A stretch of 62,992 nucleotides of DNA, filler included, from Reclinomonas americana ATCC 50394 (lineage: Eukaryota), in NCBI GenBank assembly GCA_048213135.1. It is 9 parts of 6 records of this genome, joined end to end, with 100 filler letters (N's around TTAATTAATTAA, not from the genome) between each part and the next. Parts side by side here need not be neighbours in the genome. Positions count along the whole stretch, not along the records: positions 9,812 to 19,863 come from PS015459.1; positions 19,964 to 30,559 come from PS015460.1; 7 more parts are not named here. One strand, written 5' to 3'. The notes beneath the pieces were generated by a model. That model worked only from the letters and a program-made list of their open reading frames with translations. It had not been told where the DNA came from and did not search any database. A program made the translations under genes and the position numbers. Shown here in pieces: positions 12,470-28,900 of this stretch (position 1 is the stretch's first letter; every line of letters begins with the position of its first letter).

Positions 12470-15400
12470 TCACAGGCTCACAGCGGCCGCAGCTAACGGC
12501 GGCGCCAGCACAAGTGTGTGATAGCCGTACTCGTCTCCCGAGTCGAAGCGAGTGACCGAGGTGCGACAGAGAGGACATTTGCCACGTCGCTCGACCACTT
12601 GCTGTGCACAGTTGCGGCACACAACCTCGTGTCCGCACGGACGCAGTCGAGTTTCGCGCACATCGTAACAAAGCACGCAGGCGCGACGGCACGACAACGC
12701 AGTGAGATCGCGCATCTCGGCCACCAGCTCGTCGGCACTCGGGCGGCGATTGGGTCGATGGTCGACACAGCTGCACCCCAAACCATGAGGGAACTACGCA
12801 GTGCAAACAAGAACGGGGCTGATGCTTACTACTCACCGCATGGCCAATCGCACAAGACGGCGACAGACGGATGTGGGCCATTCCCGGCCCACCGAGGTGT
12901 CGGCCAGCAGCACAGCGGCCTCATCGAGTCTCGCCACGTCGTCGTCCTCCACCATTCCCTCAATCCACTTGTGCACTCTTGCAATTGGTTGACCGGAGAA
13001 CAGTTGCAGCAGAATGAGTCCGAGGCAGTATACGTCGGCAGTCGGGCGCAGAATGCCACGCAGTGCCTGCGGATCGGCATAGTCGTGGTCGCCGGCAAAC
13101 TGCACCGATAGGTGTGTCTGCTTGTCACCACACGCGCACTCATGAGTATACTATCGGTGGGAAGGCGGGGGAAGGGAGAGAGCACACTCACCCCACCGGT
13201 GCGGAACCAGTGCGCGATTCCCAGGTCCGAGATGCACGCCTGGCCACGCTCGTCAAAGAGGATGTTGGCGGGCTTCAAGTCGCGATGAATGACTGCGAAT
13301 CATGGTGAATATTTGAGGCCACGACGTAAATGAGCGCACAGAGACTCACCATTCTGGGCGACGGCGAGAACAGAAAGCAGTGACAGTGAGAGGGAAGAGG
13401 AGTGAGAAACGACGTCATCAAGTAGCACGACAGCGACACAAACCATCCTGTACAACAAGAGATGATGAGAAACGACCACAAGCACCCGATTTCCCACTGC
13501 AGCTGCTGCCTCACCTATGCAATGCCGCCACGATCTCCGAACAACGAAGCAAACACGTCATGCGCTCCTCGATGGCCATGACGGGCAATCCGAGTGCTTG
13601 ATACTCCAACAGCCGGTGCTCGAGGTTGTGCTCGCTTGTGAATGATCAAGAGAAAGACAGTGCATCAGCAACAACGTGCCAGAAGAATTGCATGCAACCA
13701 GCAGGAATACGCAATATCCACCAACCTCATGGCCTCCAGCACAATGCACTTTTCACCACGGTCTGATTCGGCAAACCCAATAATGCGAACCACGCCAGGC
13801 ACCATCACATTCTTCAGTTTCTCCAACTGCACCCAGCAAATAACGGTAAACAAAATGCGATGATCACCATGGCCAGGTCTCCCCACACGAATATTCTCAC
13901 CTCATTGGAGAACGACTCGATGCACCACGGCGCATCGCTGTCGAACACTTTGACGGCCACCTGCTGCTCCTTCCACGCGCCAGAAAACACGCTTCCCTGT
14001 CCACCAGTGCCAAGACGACGAGCAAAGCCATTTGTCATGGCGCCGATTTGCCTCCACGAAAAGACCGTCAATGGAACTGCAAAGCTGCACATGAGCACAA
14101 GCAATCTTTGCCGCACACTCACTCGCACTCACCACGATGGTTGAGCTCGTGCTGCGCGGCGGCCAAATCAGCGGCCAGTCGTTGTGCGCGGTCGTATTCT
14201 TGCTGCCGCTGCTCGTCCATGCGCTCCAAAGAGACGCGAAGAGCCGCACATTCCTCACGCAAGCGCTGCACCGCGGCTTCTCGCTGTGGCTGCACATGCA
14301 ACCGCTGCATCTCCACCTCGCGCCGCAGTCGCCCAATGGTGGCATCTTGTTGTTGTACGCGCTGCTGCAACACATCCGCTTGGGCATTTCGCTCGCGGAC
14401 AGCCGTCTGCTGCTGCTGCCGCTGCTCCTCTACCTCCCGCCTCAGCTGCGCAATGGTGGCTTCATGTTGCTGCACTTGCTGTTGCAATGCATCCACTTGA
14501 GCTGTTCGCTCGCGGACAGCCGCCTGCTGCACGTCCGCCTCATCCAGCACCTGTGCAATCGTGGCATCTTGCTGCTGTGCTGTCGCTCGCTGCTCCGCCA
14601 GGTCGCGTTGCAGTTGTGCAATAGTTGCCTCCAGCTCCTGCTCGCGGCCCGAGTTCACTTGCGGTGGCTGTTGCACTCAATCCCGATGAGCGTCAACATA
14701 GCATCAATAATGTTGTCATTCCTCACCGGCGGGTAAGCCATTCGTGGAGCAGGGGAGAACACTGGGGGTGCTTGGTACGGTGGAGGTGCGTCGTACACTG
14801 GTGGTGGGTACATTTGAGGATAGCCGTACGCTGCAGGAGCGGCGAATGCTGCAGCTGGGGCTTGAGGTAGCACTGGTGGAGGGACGTATGCTGCTGCTGC
14901 CGGAGGAGAGCCGAACGCTGGCGGTGCGTCGTACACTGGTGGCGAGCGGTGCACTGGCCGCGGTGTATGTGGTGGTGCGATGTACGCAGAGGCTGAAGAC
15001 CTCGAAGGCGCTGCGCATCACGCAAAACCGTCAACATGTACAAGCGCATAAACACGAAGCAAGATGCAAGGATACGCACGGAATATGCGTGCAGCGTCAC
15101 GACGTCGCCGCGCAACGGCCAGCTCTGCTCGGGTTTCGGAAAGACTGTCGGCAGTGCTCTGGGTGTGCGCGTGGTTCGGCCCCAGCACGCGACGACGAAG
15201 CGGCAAGATTTCCTCGAATATCTGCACGGCCTCCTCCAGATTGGCCAAGCCGCCTACATTGACCAGCGTGTATGCCATATTGTGCATGCTCGTCAGTGTT
15301 GCAGGGTGATCCGCACCCAACACTTCACGTCTCCGGCGCACAACATCACGCGAGACTCGAACTGACTCCTCGTACTCCTTGTTATCGTCAAGCGCGAGAG

Positions 15401-15839
15401 CCAGACAGTGTAATGTATCCAACACACACTGGTCCCCTTCATCCACGTAGCGTTCCTGCTTCGCCGCCGTGTCGCGCAGCAATGCAATGGCCTCATCGTA
15501 CCACTTGAGCGCCAGCAGAGTGAGACCCTTGTTGAACGCCGTCTGCAACGTTCTCTTGTGAGTCGCGCCCAACAAACGCTTCCTCCTCTCCAGCACATCG
15601 TCGAATAGTGACAATGCGCTCTGCGTGTCTCCCGACTCGCGGAGCGTAACCGCATACTTGAAGGCACACACAAGAGTCGCCTCGTCGTCAGGGCCGCGCA
15701 AGTCCTCAAAATCTCTTAGGCAGGAACTGAGAATGGGTGCGGCAGTGGCATGATCACCGCTGTCGCAGAGCCGTCTGGCTTCATCATACTGCTGCCTTAT
15801 CTCATCGTAACTCGGCGTCGGGCCTTCGCGTCGTTGCAT
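12470..15839 (-). CDS. TPR - Pro-rich - coiled coil - Pelle/IRAK/RLK-like Ser/Thr kinase - C3HC4 RING fusion protein
   Basis: All junctions phase correctly with GT-AG. Order: TPRs (LGADHPATLTSMHNMA, VLGPNHAHT), PPVYDAPP repeats, Gln-rich coiled coil, kinase motifs (LGTGGQGSVF, VAVK, HRDLKPAN, DLG, YADP, DVYCLG), then RING CVLC..PCGH..CRNC..CPLC; TGA at 12470. Confidence 0.85.
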
Positions 15840-16049
15840 GACGACAAACACAAGCCGGACGATAACCACTAAAGGACTTTTTTGACATGTATATTGGCAG
15901 ACAGTTCGAAGTTCCGTGCCACTCAAGAGGATGCACCGCACATCACCATCGCCAAGCGAAGTACAAACATGGAGAAGTGCTTATGATCCCACATGCGCGA
16001 CAGATCGACAAGCTCGGCGATCGAGCTCGAGGTCGTGATCCATGCATGT

Positions 16050-16206
16050 ATGCATCCGAACCGCGCAAGTCCTCAAAGTCGCGCATGCAGCGAGCGAGGA
16101 GGGGTGCGGCGGTGGCATAGTCACCATTGTAGTAGTGCCGCTTGGCCTCTTCGTACTGCAGCTTGACCTCATCGAAGGTAGGCGCACGACCTCCGCTCCG
16201 ACGCAT
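16050..16206 (-). pseudogene. Truncated duplicate of the first ~50 codons of the TPR-kinase-RING gene
   Basis: MRRSGGRAPTFDEVKLQYEEAKRHYYNGDYATAAPLLARCMRDFEDLRGSD aligns with MQRREGPTPSYDEIRQQYDEARRLCDSGDHATAAPILSSCLRDFEDLRGPD; similarity then stops. Confidence 0.6.
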
Positions 16207-16445
16207 TTATGACAAGATTTTTTCCAGCACGCCGGACACGAAGGATCCTGTCAATGATGCCGGCGATGGGTGCGGACGGTCTGCTCGTGGCAACTGAGTA
16301 CTCGTGATAGTGCTGCCTTTGCAGAGTAGACGGTGGGGATCGTCTGCACTCATCGTGCAGGTGGGTGTGCGATATTGCCAATGTGCACATGTGTTGGTGC
16401 ATGCACGGTAAGTCATCGAAAGAAGTTTTACACCTCACTATCCTC

Positions 16446-19848
<3,403 letters not shown>

Positions 19849-19963
19849 CGTACGTACGAACGTNNNNNNNNNNNNNNNNNNNNNNNNNNNNNNNNNNNNN
19901 NNNNNNNTTAATTAATTAANNNNNNNNNNNNNNNNNNNNNNNNNNNNNNNNNNNNNNNNNNNN

Positions 19964-22900
19964 GTGCACATCCGACAGGTTGCTGCGCACAACGTCGAGG
20001 ATGTTCGGCCGGGGAATGCGGCGCAGGTCGAGATTGGAGCGCTCGGCAAACTTCTCCAAAATGAACTTCATCGACGACGGCTTGCCGCCAAAGTTGCGGA
20101 TGACGGCGTGGAACAAAATCTGCTCCGAGAAGTCGGTGGCGGCCTGCAGACGACGGTTGACGTCCTTGACGATCGAGTAAAAGTCACGCAGACCAAAGAA
20201 CTCGCGGCGACCCTGCTCCGTGTACACCTCGTTGTAGGCCTCGGCAAGTGGGCGCAGATACGCCTCCAGGTCGTGCCGGTTGACAATTCCCTTGGCCGTG
20301 AAACACAAATCCTCCACACCAGGCGCCGGGCGCGCCAAATGCACACCCTGTGTGGTGACCACGATCAGCAACTGTCATCTCTACTGCACAGCGCGAGACA
20401 ACCACAGACACACACACACACACGAAACTCGGTTGATCTTGGCCGGATCGAGCACCCAGTTGGAGATGCCGACCACCGCCAAATCCGGATGCTCCAGCTC
20501 GGCGTGCAGCACCTTGAGCGGCAGATGCGGGCTCTGCTCAGCCAAACCGACCTCGTCGAGCAACACCACGACCACCGTGCGTGGCGCCTCGCGCTGGTAC
20601 CTGTGTGGACATTTGTGGTGAACCACCACACGAAAGCAATACAAGTCGTTGGAAGCGAGCGAACCGCCGTGCCGCCTGTAGCGTCTGCTCAATGCCCTGC
20701 GCCGTCGACAGCGGACTGCACTGGTAGCTGAAAATCTGCGAATGGTCGAGCGCAAGTCAGAGTCCCAGCATTGACGTCGATCACACGGTGCGGTGCGTTA
20801 CCTGCACGGGCGGGAAGCATCGGAGGAACTCGTTACGCGACACCTCGCCGTTGAAGCGAGTGGCGATGACCTCCATGGCCAGACTCTTGGAGGAGCCGGG
20901 CTTGCCAATGACGAAGATGGGGATCTTGTTGAGAACGGACACGAAAATCATGAAGAGATTCTCGCACAAGGCCTGGTTGAGCGCAATGCCGTCGCCCTGA
21001 CCCACGTCCATGCGCGCGGCAAAATCGCGCTGCGCGTTCCACACCCACGTGCGGAACTTCTCCTCGTCGACACGCAGGTACGAGTGCATCGGCAAGCTCA
21101 ACAGTGCATTCGAGATCTCGCACCGGTAGTCGGCGCGCGTGTTCCTGCATCACGCAAGTCAGCACATCATTACGTCGGCCGACAGAACACTTCAGCAATG
21201 TAACGCAACGTCAAGCGACTGTGGTAGCAGTGCGAGAGCGCCATGACCATGGCTCGCGGAATAATGTCACGCGAGGCGAACCGATCCTCGTCGAAGCAGT
21301 ACGCCTTCTTCTCCATGTCGCTAAAGTAGGCGACGAAGAACTTGAAGAGCTTGATGCAGCGCACAATGTCACGCAGACTCACAGCCGACACGTCTGTGCC
21401 GCACGAGACGTTTTGGTGAGCACGCGAACAAACCAGATCACAGGAAGCAAATCAAAATGACACATACCTCCGAGGAACGAGCGCATGTACACTTGCGAGA
21501 TGCTGAGGCAGTTGGTGAACACGTCGATGAACTCGCTCTTGAAGCGGTGACGAATGGTCCAGCTGAGCTCACGCATGAGGATGCTACCGGCGTACAACTG
21601 CACGCAGGTAGAAAGCGCGTCAGCGACACCCAGTTCTTTCTCATACTCTCTCTTTCTCTCTCTCTCTCTTAACCTTTTCAGTGGCCTCTGGCAGTGCGCC
21701 GTAATCGAACACATACTCCATCATGGTCTGCGGCAGCGGCAGCACGCGGTACACGAGCTTCTCGAGCGGGTCGGGAATCGGATTCTCGTCTTGTTGGTAC
21801 TGGGCCGAGAAAGTGAGATGCGCTAGTCGGAGAGAGATCGTTTGCTACCCATGCAGGAGCGAGCGCACCTGGAACACGAGACCAACTGGGCCCTCCGAGT
21901 CCTCCTTCTTGAGGCGGTACGGATTGCAGGCGGCAATCACCTTGATGTTGTTCGGCAGTCGCTCACCGAGCATGAAGCGGTCGCACACAATCTCCTTGAA
22001 CAGGCCTGGCGCGGTGGAGAGGAGAGGCAAGCAGTCAGTGACACATTAAAACACAAAGNNNNNNNNNNNNNNNNNNNNNNNNNNNNNNNNNNNNNNNNNN
22101 NNNNNNNNNNNNNNNNNNNNNNNNNNNNNNNNNNNNNNNNNNNNNNNNNNNNNNNNNNNNNNNNNNNNNNNNNNNNNNNNNNNNNNNNNNNNNNNNNNNN
22201 NNNNNNNNNNNNNNNNNNNNNNNNNNNNNNNNNNNNNNNNNNNNNNNNNNNNNNNNNNNNNNNNNNNNNNNNNNNNNNNNNNNNNNNNNNNNNNNNNNNN
22301 NNNNNNNNNNNNNNNNNNNNNNNNNNNNNNNNNNNNNNNNNNNNNNNNNNNNNNNNNNNNNNNNNNNNNNNNNNNNNNNNNNNNNNNNNNNNNNNNNNNN
22401 NNNNNNNNNNNNNNNNNNNNNNNNNNNNNNNNNNNNNNNNNNNNNNNNNNNNNNNNNNNNNNNNNNNNNNNNNNNNNNNNNNNNNNNNNNNNNNNNNNNN
22501 NNNNNNNNNNNNNNNNNNNNNNNNNNNNNNNNNNNNNNNNNNNNNNNNNNNNNNNNNNNNNNNNNNNNNNNNNNNNNNNNNNNNNNNNNNNNNNNNNNNN
22601 NNNNNNNNNNNNNNNNNNNNNNNNNNNNNNNNNNNNNNNNNNNNNNNNNNNNNNNNNNNNNNNNNNNNNNNNNNNNNNNNNNNNNNNNNNNNNNNNNNNN
22701 NNNNNNNNNNNNNNNNNNNNNNNNNNNNNNNNNNNNNNNNNNNNNNNNNNNNNNNNNNNNNNNNNNNNNNNNNNNNNNNNNNNNNNNNNNNNNNNNNNNN
22801 NNNNNNNNNNNNNNNNNNNNNNNNNNNNNNNNNNNNNNNNNNNNNNNNNNNNNNNNNNNNNNNNNNNNNNNNNNNNNNNNNNNNNNNNNNNNNNNNNNNN

Positions 22901-25900
22901 NNNNNNNNCCCCGGGGGGCATGCTGCAGAGCGAAAGTCTGGAGGACGAGCAAGAGCGCGAGGCACTGCTGCAGGGCGTCGATGTGCTGGAGATTGCCTCC
23001 AAGTTCCTGTCGATGAAGCGATGGGAGGAGAGCAGTCACCCGTTCGTCGTCTTCTACCACGGCATGCCAGACCTCGGCTTGCCGCCGGACATCGACATTA
23101 GCGAGATTCCGCCCGATGTGTTGGAGGCGCTGATGTTTGGCGCCGGCGCGGCGGCCTCTGTCAGTGGCGTGGATGTGATCAGCTTGGACCACACCATCAT
23201 CAAGCGGTTCATGAAGGACGCTCTGCGCCAGACGCTCCGTGAGAACCAGATCGATCTCGAGTACGACTGGACGGTAGGATCGATTATTTTGACAAGTGGT
23301 AGCAGATGACAGGGTGCTCACTTTTCTGTTCCTTGCAGCGTTTGGTGGAAGACCAAGGCAAGGCCATTCGCATTCTGCGCGAGGTGGCGGGCCTGCCGGA
23401 GCGTCAGACATTCGAGGATCTCATCAACCCCGACGGCACCTTCAAGTACGTGATCACGGTCGACAACCTGCTGAAGATGCTCAGCATCCTCATGCGTCTG
23501 CGCTGTGGCATCCCGACCATTATCATGGTGCGTACATGCATGCCTGGCCCACCATCATTGTCTGTTCTGACCGTCCACTGCAGGGCGAGACTGGCTGCGG
23601 CAAGAGTGAACTTATTCGCTTCATGTCCCGTGTGGTGGAGGTGGAACTGTTCCGCCTCAACGTGCACGGTGGCATTGGCGAGCAAGATATTATCGACTGG
23701 ATGGCGAAGCCGATTGAGGAGGCGCGTGCGCATGCCAACAAGGATTTCTTTGTCTTCTTTGATGAAATCAACACGACCACCATGGGTGCGCAGTGCGAGT
23801 GGNNNNNNNNNNNNNNNNNNNNNNNNNNNNNNNNNNNNNNNNNNNNNNNNNNNNNNNNNNNNNNNNNNNNNNNNNNNNNNNNNNNNNNNNNNNNNNNNNN
23901 NNNNNNNNNNNNNNNNNNNNNNNNNNNNNNNNNNNNNNNNNNNNNNNNNNNNNNNNNNNNNNNNNNNNNNNNNNNNNNNNNNNNNNNNNNNNNNNNNNNN
24001 NNNNNNNNNNNNNNNNNNNNNNNNNNNNNNNNNNNNNNNNNNNNNNNNNNNNNNNNNNNNNNNNNNNNNNNNNNNNNNNNNNNNNNNNNNNNNNNNNNNN
24101 NNNNNNNNNNNNNNNNNNNNNNNNNNNNNNNNNNNNNNNNNNNNNNNNNNNNNNNNNNNNNNNNNNNNNNNNNNNNNNNNNNNNNNNNNNNNNNNNNNNN
24201 NNNNNNNNNNNNNNNNNNNNNNNNNNNNNNNNNNNNNNNNNNNNNNNNNNNNNNNNNNNNNNNNNNNNNNNNNNNNNNNNNNNNNNNNNNNNNNNNNNNN
24301 NNNNNNNNNNNNNNNNNNNNNNNCAAAATGAGTTTCTTTTTACACAAAGTATTGGAGGCGGTGGTTGGAGATGAGACGCAACGCGCAGGCGCTCCAGTGG
24401 TGCACCCTCGTCAGCTTCGTCTGCAGCAGCAGCAGCGACAGCAACAGCGACAGCGGCATCGGCTTCGTCAGCAGCAGCCACAGCCGCCGCAGCAGCACCC
24501 ACCACCAGTCCGACATCTTCTTCGTCGTCGTCGTCATCGTCGTCCTCCACTGGCGCAATGCTGTTGCGAGAGGGGCGGGCGAGGTGTCAGTGGCTCGTGC
24601 AGACTGCTTCTGCATGTGTCAATCACGCAACTCGCCGCGGGCAGCACGATCGCGTGTCTCCGCATTGTCGGTGGAGCGCACAGCAAAGTCGACCGACGTG
24701 GCAATGAGCATGTTGATGAAGCTGTTCTTGAACTCCTCCATGCCTTCGCTCATCATCGCATTTTGCAGCAGCGGGTAGTTGGTGACCTTCTGGAACTGCT
24801 CATACATAAAGTTGACGAAAGTGGCCAACATCGCATACGTGATGTCGCGCACAGCCATGCCACCGCCACAGTGCTTGACCAGCAGGTCTGTNNNNNNNNN
24901 NNNNNNNNNNNNNNNNNNNNNNNNNNNNNNNNNNNNNNNNNNNNNNNNNNNNNNNNNNNNNNNNNNNNNNNNNNNNNNNNNNNNNNNNNNNNNNNNNNNN
25001 NNNNNNNNNNNNNNNNNNNNNNNNNNNNNNNNNNNNNNNNNNNNNNNNNNNNNNNNNNNNNNNNNNNNNNNNNNNNNNNNNNNNNNNNNNNNNNNNNNNN
25101 NNNNNNNNNNNNNNNNNNNNNNNNNNNNNNNNNNNNNNNNNNNNNNNNNNNNNNNNNNNNNNNNNNNNNNNNNNNNNNNNNNNNNNNNNNNNNNNNNNNN
25201 NNNNNNNNNNNNNNNNNNNNNNNNNNNNNNNNNNNNNNNNNNNNNNNNNNNNNNNNNNNNNNNNNNNNNNNNNNNNNNNNNNNNNNNNNNNNNNNNNNNN
25301 NNNNNNNNNNNNNNNNNNNNNNNNNNNNNNNNNNNNNNNNNNNNNNNNNNNNNNNNNNNNNNNNNNNNNNNNNNNNNNNNNNNNNNNNNNNNNNNNNNNN
25401 NNNNNNNNNNNNNNNNNNNNNNNNNNNNNNNNNNNNNNNNNNNNNNNNNNNNNNNNNNNNNNNNNNNNNNNNNNNNNNNNNNNNNNNNNNNNNNNNNNNN
25501 NNNNNNNNNNNNNNNNNNNNNNNNNNNNNNNNNNNNNNNNNNNNNNNNNNNNNNNNNNNNNNNNNNNNNNNNNNNNNNNNNNNNNNNNNNNNNNNNNNNN
25601 NNNNNNNNNNNNNNNNNNNNNNNNNNNNNNNNNNNNNNNNNNNNNNNNNNNNNNNNNNNNNNNNNNNNNNNNNNNNNNNNNNNNNNNNNNNNNNNNNNNN
25701 NNNNNNNNNNNNNNNNNNNNNNNNNNNNNNNNNNNNNNNNNNNNNNNNNNNNNNNNNNNNNNNNNNNNNNNNNNNNNNNNNNNNNNNNNNNNNNNNNNNN
25801 NNNNNNNNNNNNNNNNNNNNNNNNNNNNNNNNNNNNNNNNNNNNNNNNNNNNNNNNNNNNNNNNNNNNNNNNNNNNNNNNNNNNNNNNNNNCGTCTCAAA

Positions 25901-28900
25901 TCGGCATACGTGGCTGCGATCGAACCTTGCAGCACGGCGTAGTTGCGCAGCTGCTTCTCCTTCCAGCGGAGAGCAGAAATCAACGACGCTGCGTTCATGC
26001 CTTCACGCAGCGGGACGCGCTGGTAGATGAGGCCCTCCTTGGCCACCCAGCGCATCACAAAGTCACTCTTGCCGGTGCCGGCGAGAACCGAGGTGACACT
26101 GAAAATGCCCGCCGTGTACTGCACCGAGAGTTGCTCCAGCACACGCGTCAGGTCATCCTCCTCCATGGTGCGAGTGTCGACCACGCAGCGCGACAGCGCA
26201 GTGAGCAAGTGCTGACCGCGCGACACGCCACTGACCAGCACCAGCACCGAGCCCGGCAGTGAACTGTGCTCCAGCACCTGGCGCAGCTTGTCGACAAACT
26301 TGCACTGCGTGGTGTACGACAGCATGTCGACGTTGCCGATGCAGAACACGCGGTCGTCACGGTTGTGTGTCTTGGCGCCAATCCAGCGCAACAACAGGAT
26401 CTCAAGATCCTCGAAATCCGTCCTGCCCTCCCCAGTCAGTGCTGGGTGGGCAAAGAGGAAGAAGGCGACGAACGAGGTGTGCGCAACTTGGAGTCGCACA
26501 TCAGCAGCTCCTCCGGTTCGGGGAGGCGTCCACGACTGGCGAAAATGGACAGCACAACGTCGATGACACTGCGCGATCCAGGAGGGTCAGCAAAAAAAGC
26601 GCGGGTTGCAATCAGCAGAAATCGTACGGCGGCGTGCGCACCGTTCAGTGCCACCTGCGGCGCACACGGCCACCGGCAGACCCACTTCGGCCACACGCTC
26701 GCCAGCGTCAAAGAGCGCATGAATAAACTCGAAATTGTGGCGCGGAATCGTGCGGCGGGTCGGCGGCGTGTGCAAGAACATGCGGCCCAGCAGCTCACCT
26801 GCACAAATAAAGAGGAATTGAGTAAGCACGTCACAGCTCATGTTTCACCCGTGCTCCGATCCAAGCACACACCGAGCGACGACAGGCGCTCCTCAGGTGT
26901 CTTGGCCTTTGCCTCTGCCCACGCTTCCACCACGCCAAGAAGTGCTTCCTCGGCCACTTCGGCAATCAGACGCAGCAACGAGCGAAGCATTTCAAGCGCA
27001 GGCTCTGCGAGACGACTCTTTGTTGAGTCCCAGAACACACGTTGACAGGTAACAACCCAACACTGACCGTCGGTAAATGTCGACTTGACGTAGCGATCCA
27101 GATACTTGACCAGCATGAGGATCTGGCGCATGTTGAAAAAGTTGAGGAAGTAGTGCATGAGACGCATCTCCGCCACTTGCTTTGTCCAGTTCTGCAGACG
27201 GTGGCAGGTGAGAAACTCGAATGGTGCTGCCACCGTTCTTCTGTGTGCCGTACCCTGCTGATGGTGGCCAGCCGATCTGCTTCAGCCTCCAGCTGAGGAA
27301 GCGGTGTTGAAGCGGCAAATGACAGCTCGAATTCCTCTTGAAAGTCAAAGTGGCCAGAGCTGTGCCGCACTCGCTTGAGTAACGCACTTATCAATTTCCC
27401 ACACCGGCCAACCCCGACGCAACGAGAACAGGGCAATGATCGTGTCGCGCATCTCACTGAAAATGCGCAGTTGCTCCACGTAGGTGGTGATCATGCTGTT
27501 GAAGTCCTCCTGCTCGGCAAGCTCCGGTGGCACCTCGGTGAGCATCAGCTTGTTGCGCAGATCCAACAGCGTGTCGAGGGTGAACTCCGACGCGAACGAA
27601 TCGGCCTCGGCGCCACGCAGACGGCACAGGAAGATCGAGTTTGGATCGCGACGGATGCTCGAGTTGCGGAAGTTGTACTGGCCGCGCTCGAGAATGTCCT
27701 GCGAAGGGAAGAGCAAGAAAAGTGAGCGACAAGAGCGAACGAGCTATGTGGTGTGAGTATGTGCGTCGCACCTTGAGATCGTAGCAGGCCTTCACGCCAG
27801 GCGAACGAGTCTGATGCTCAAACACCTTCAGCAGCGAATCAAACGAGGAGGCCGTGGTGCGCAGATTCTGCAATCCGTCGACACCTCGCGCAAGAAGTTC
27901 GTCAGGCTCGAATACGTGCGGTCGTACAGCACACGCGAGAGCAGAGTGCGTGTGGCGACAACGGCCGCAAACGCTCTCAGCATCTGCGAGGCACAAATCG
28001 TGAGCAACGCCAACAACACGCAAAAAAGACGTGCAGCAGCATGTATGAGGGACAAACCATCGGATCGTCAGTGGACGATTTGCACACATTAATGAGCGAG
28101 TTGAAGTTCTCGTGGCTCGACTGCTCGCGCAACCAATCCACCAGGGCGGGGGCCGAGCACAAAAGCTCAATGTAATCCAGATGATCGAACGAGAAGTCGC
28201 GGAACAAGCTGTTGACGGCGCTCGTCAAGTTCAGCACCGACGCCGCCGGCTGCGTCTGCCAGTCCTCTTGGAACATGCGCTCGCACTCCACCAGCCGCTT
28301 AAACAGCTCGTCACTCTCCATCTCAAAGTCGAAGAGCGTCGGGAGCAACCTGCGCGCGATTTCGCTCATCAGTCCAATGGTGCTCGGCGGAAAGAGCGCC
28401 CTCAAGCACGGTATGCAACGTGGACGACGCTCGCAGCGCCGGAATCCACTTCTTCTGGCGAAGCATCAGCGCCAGTTCGGCGAAGCGCTTCTGGCGGTTC
28501 TCCACCCAGCGACGGTCCATGCTTTGCACCTGGCCAGTGTACGTGGCCGACAGCATCTCCAGCTCTTGCACATAGTTGGCGGTCTCTGCGGTGCACAAGT
28601 GAATAGGTGGACGGCGAAGAGATCGGCAAAGGCAGCAAGAAAAATGCGCAACGCAAGAACAACTGGTGCAGCTGCATGACTGGAATGGTCATGCTGTCCA
28701 CCGACTCGTACAAGTGGAACCACTCTTCCTTGGCGCGCGGCACAAGAACGCTGGGTGCAGAGAATGAGACGTGAGGTTTGATTTGGTGCGAGTGGAACGA
28801 GTGTAAATCTCACACGAAACTGAGCCATCTTGTCAAAGTTGGCCGGCTCCTTGTGCTCCTCGCCCGGAATCTCAATAAACTAGTCGGTGGTGGCAAGAAA

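Noticed and set aside
23296..26262. 988-aa ORF and other long X-filled ORFs
   Set aside because: Length comes from N runs; the flanking frames are off-frame or antisense to the real exons.
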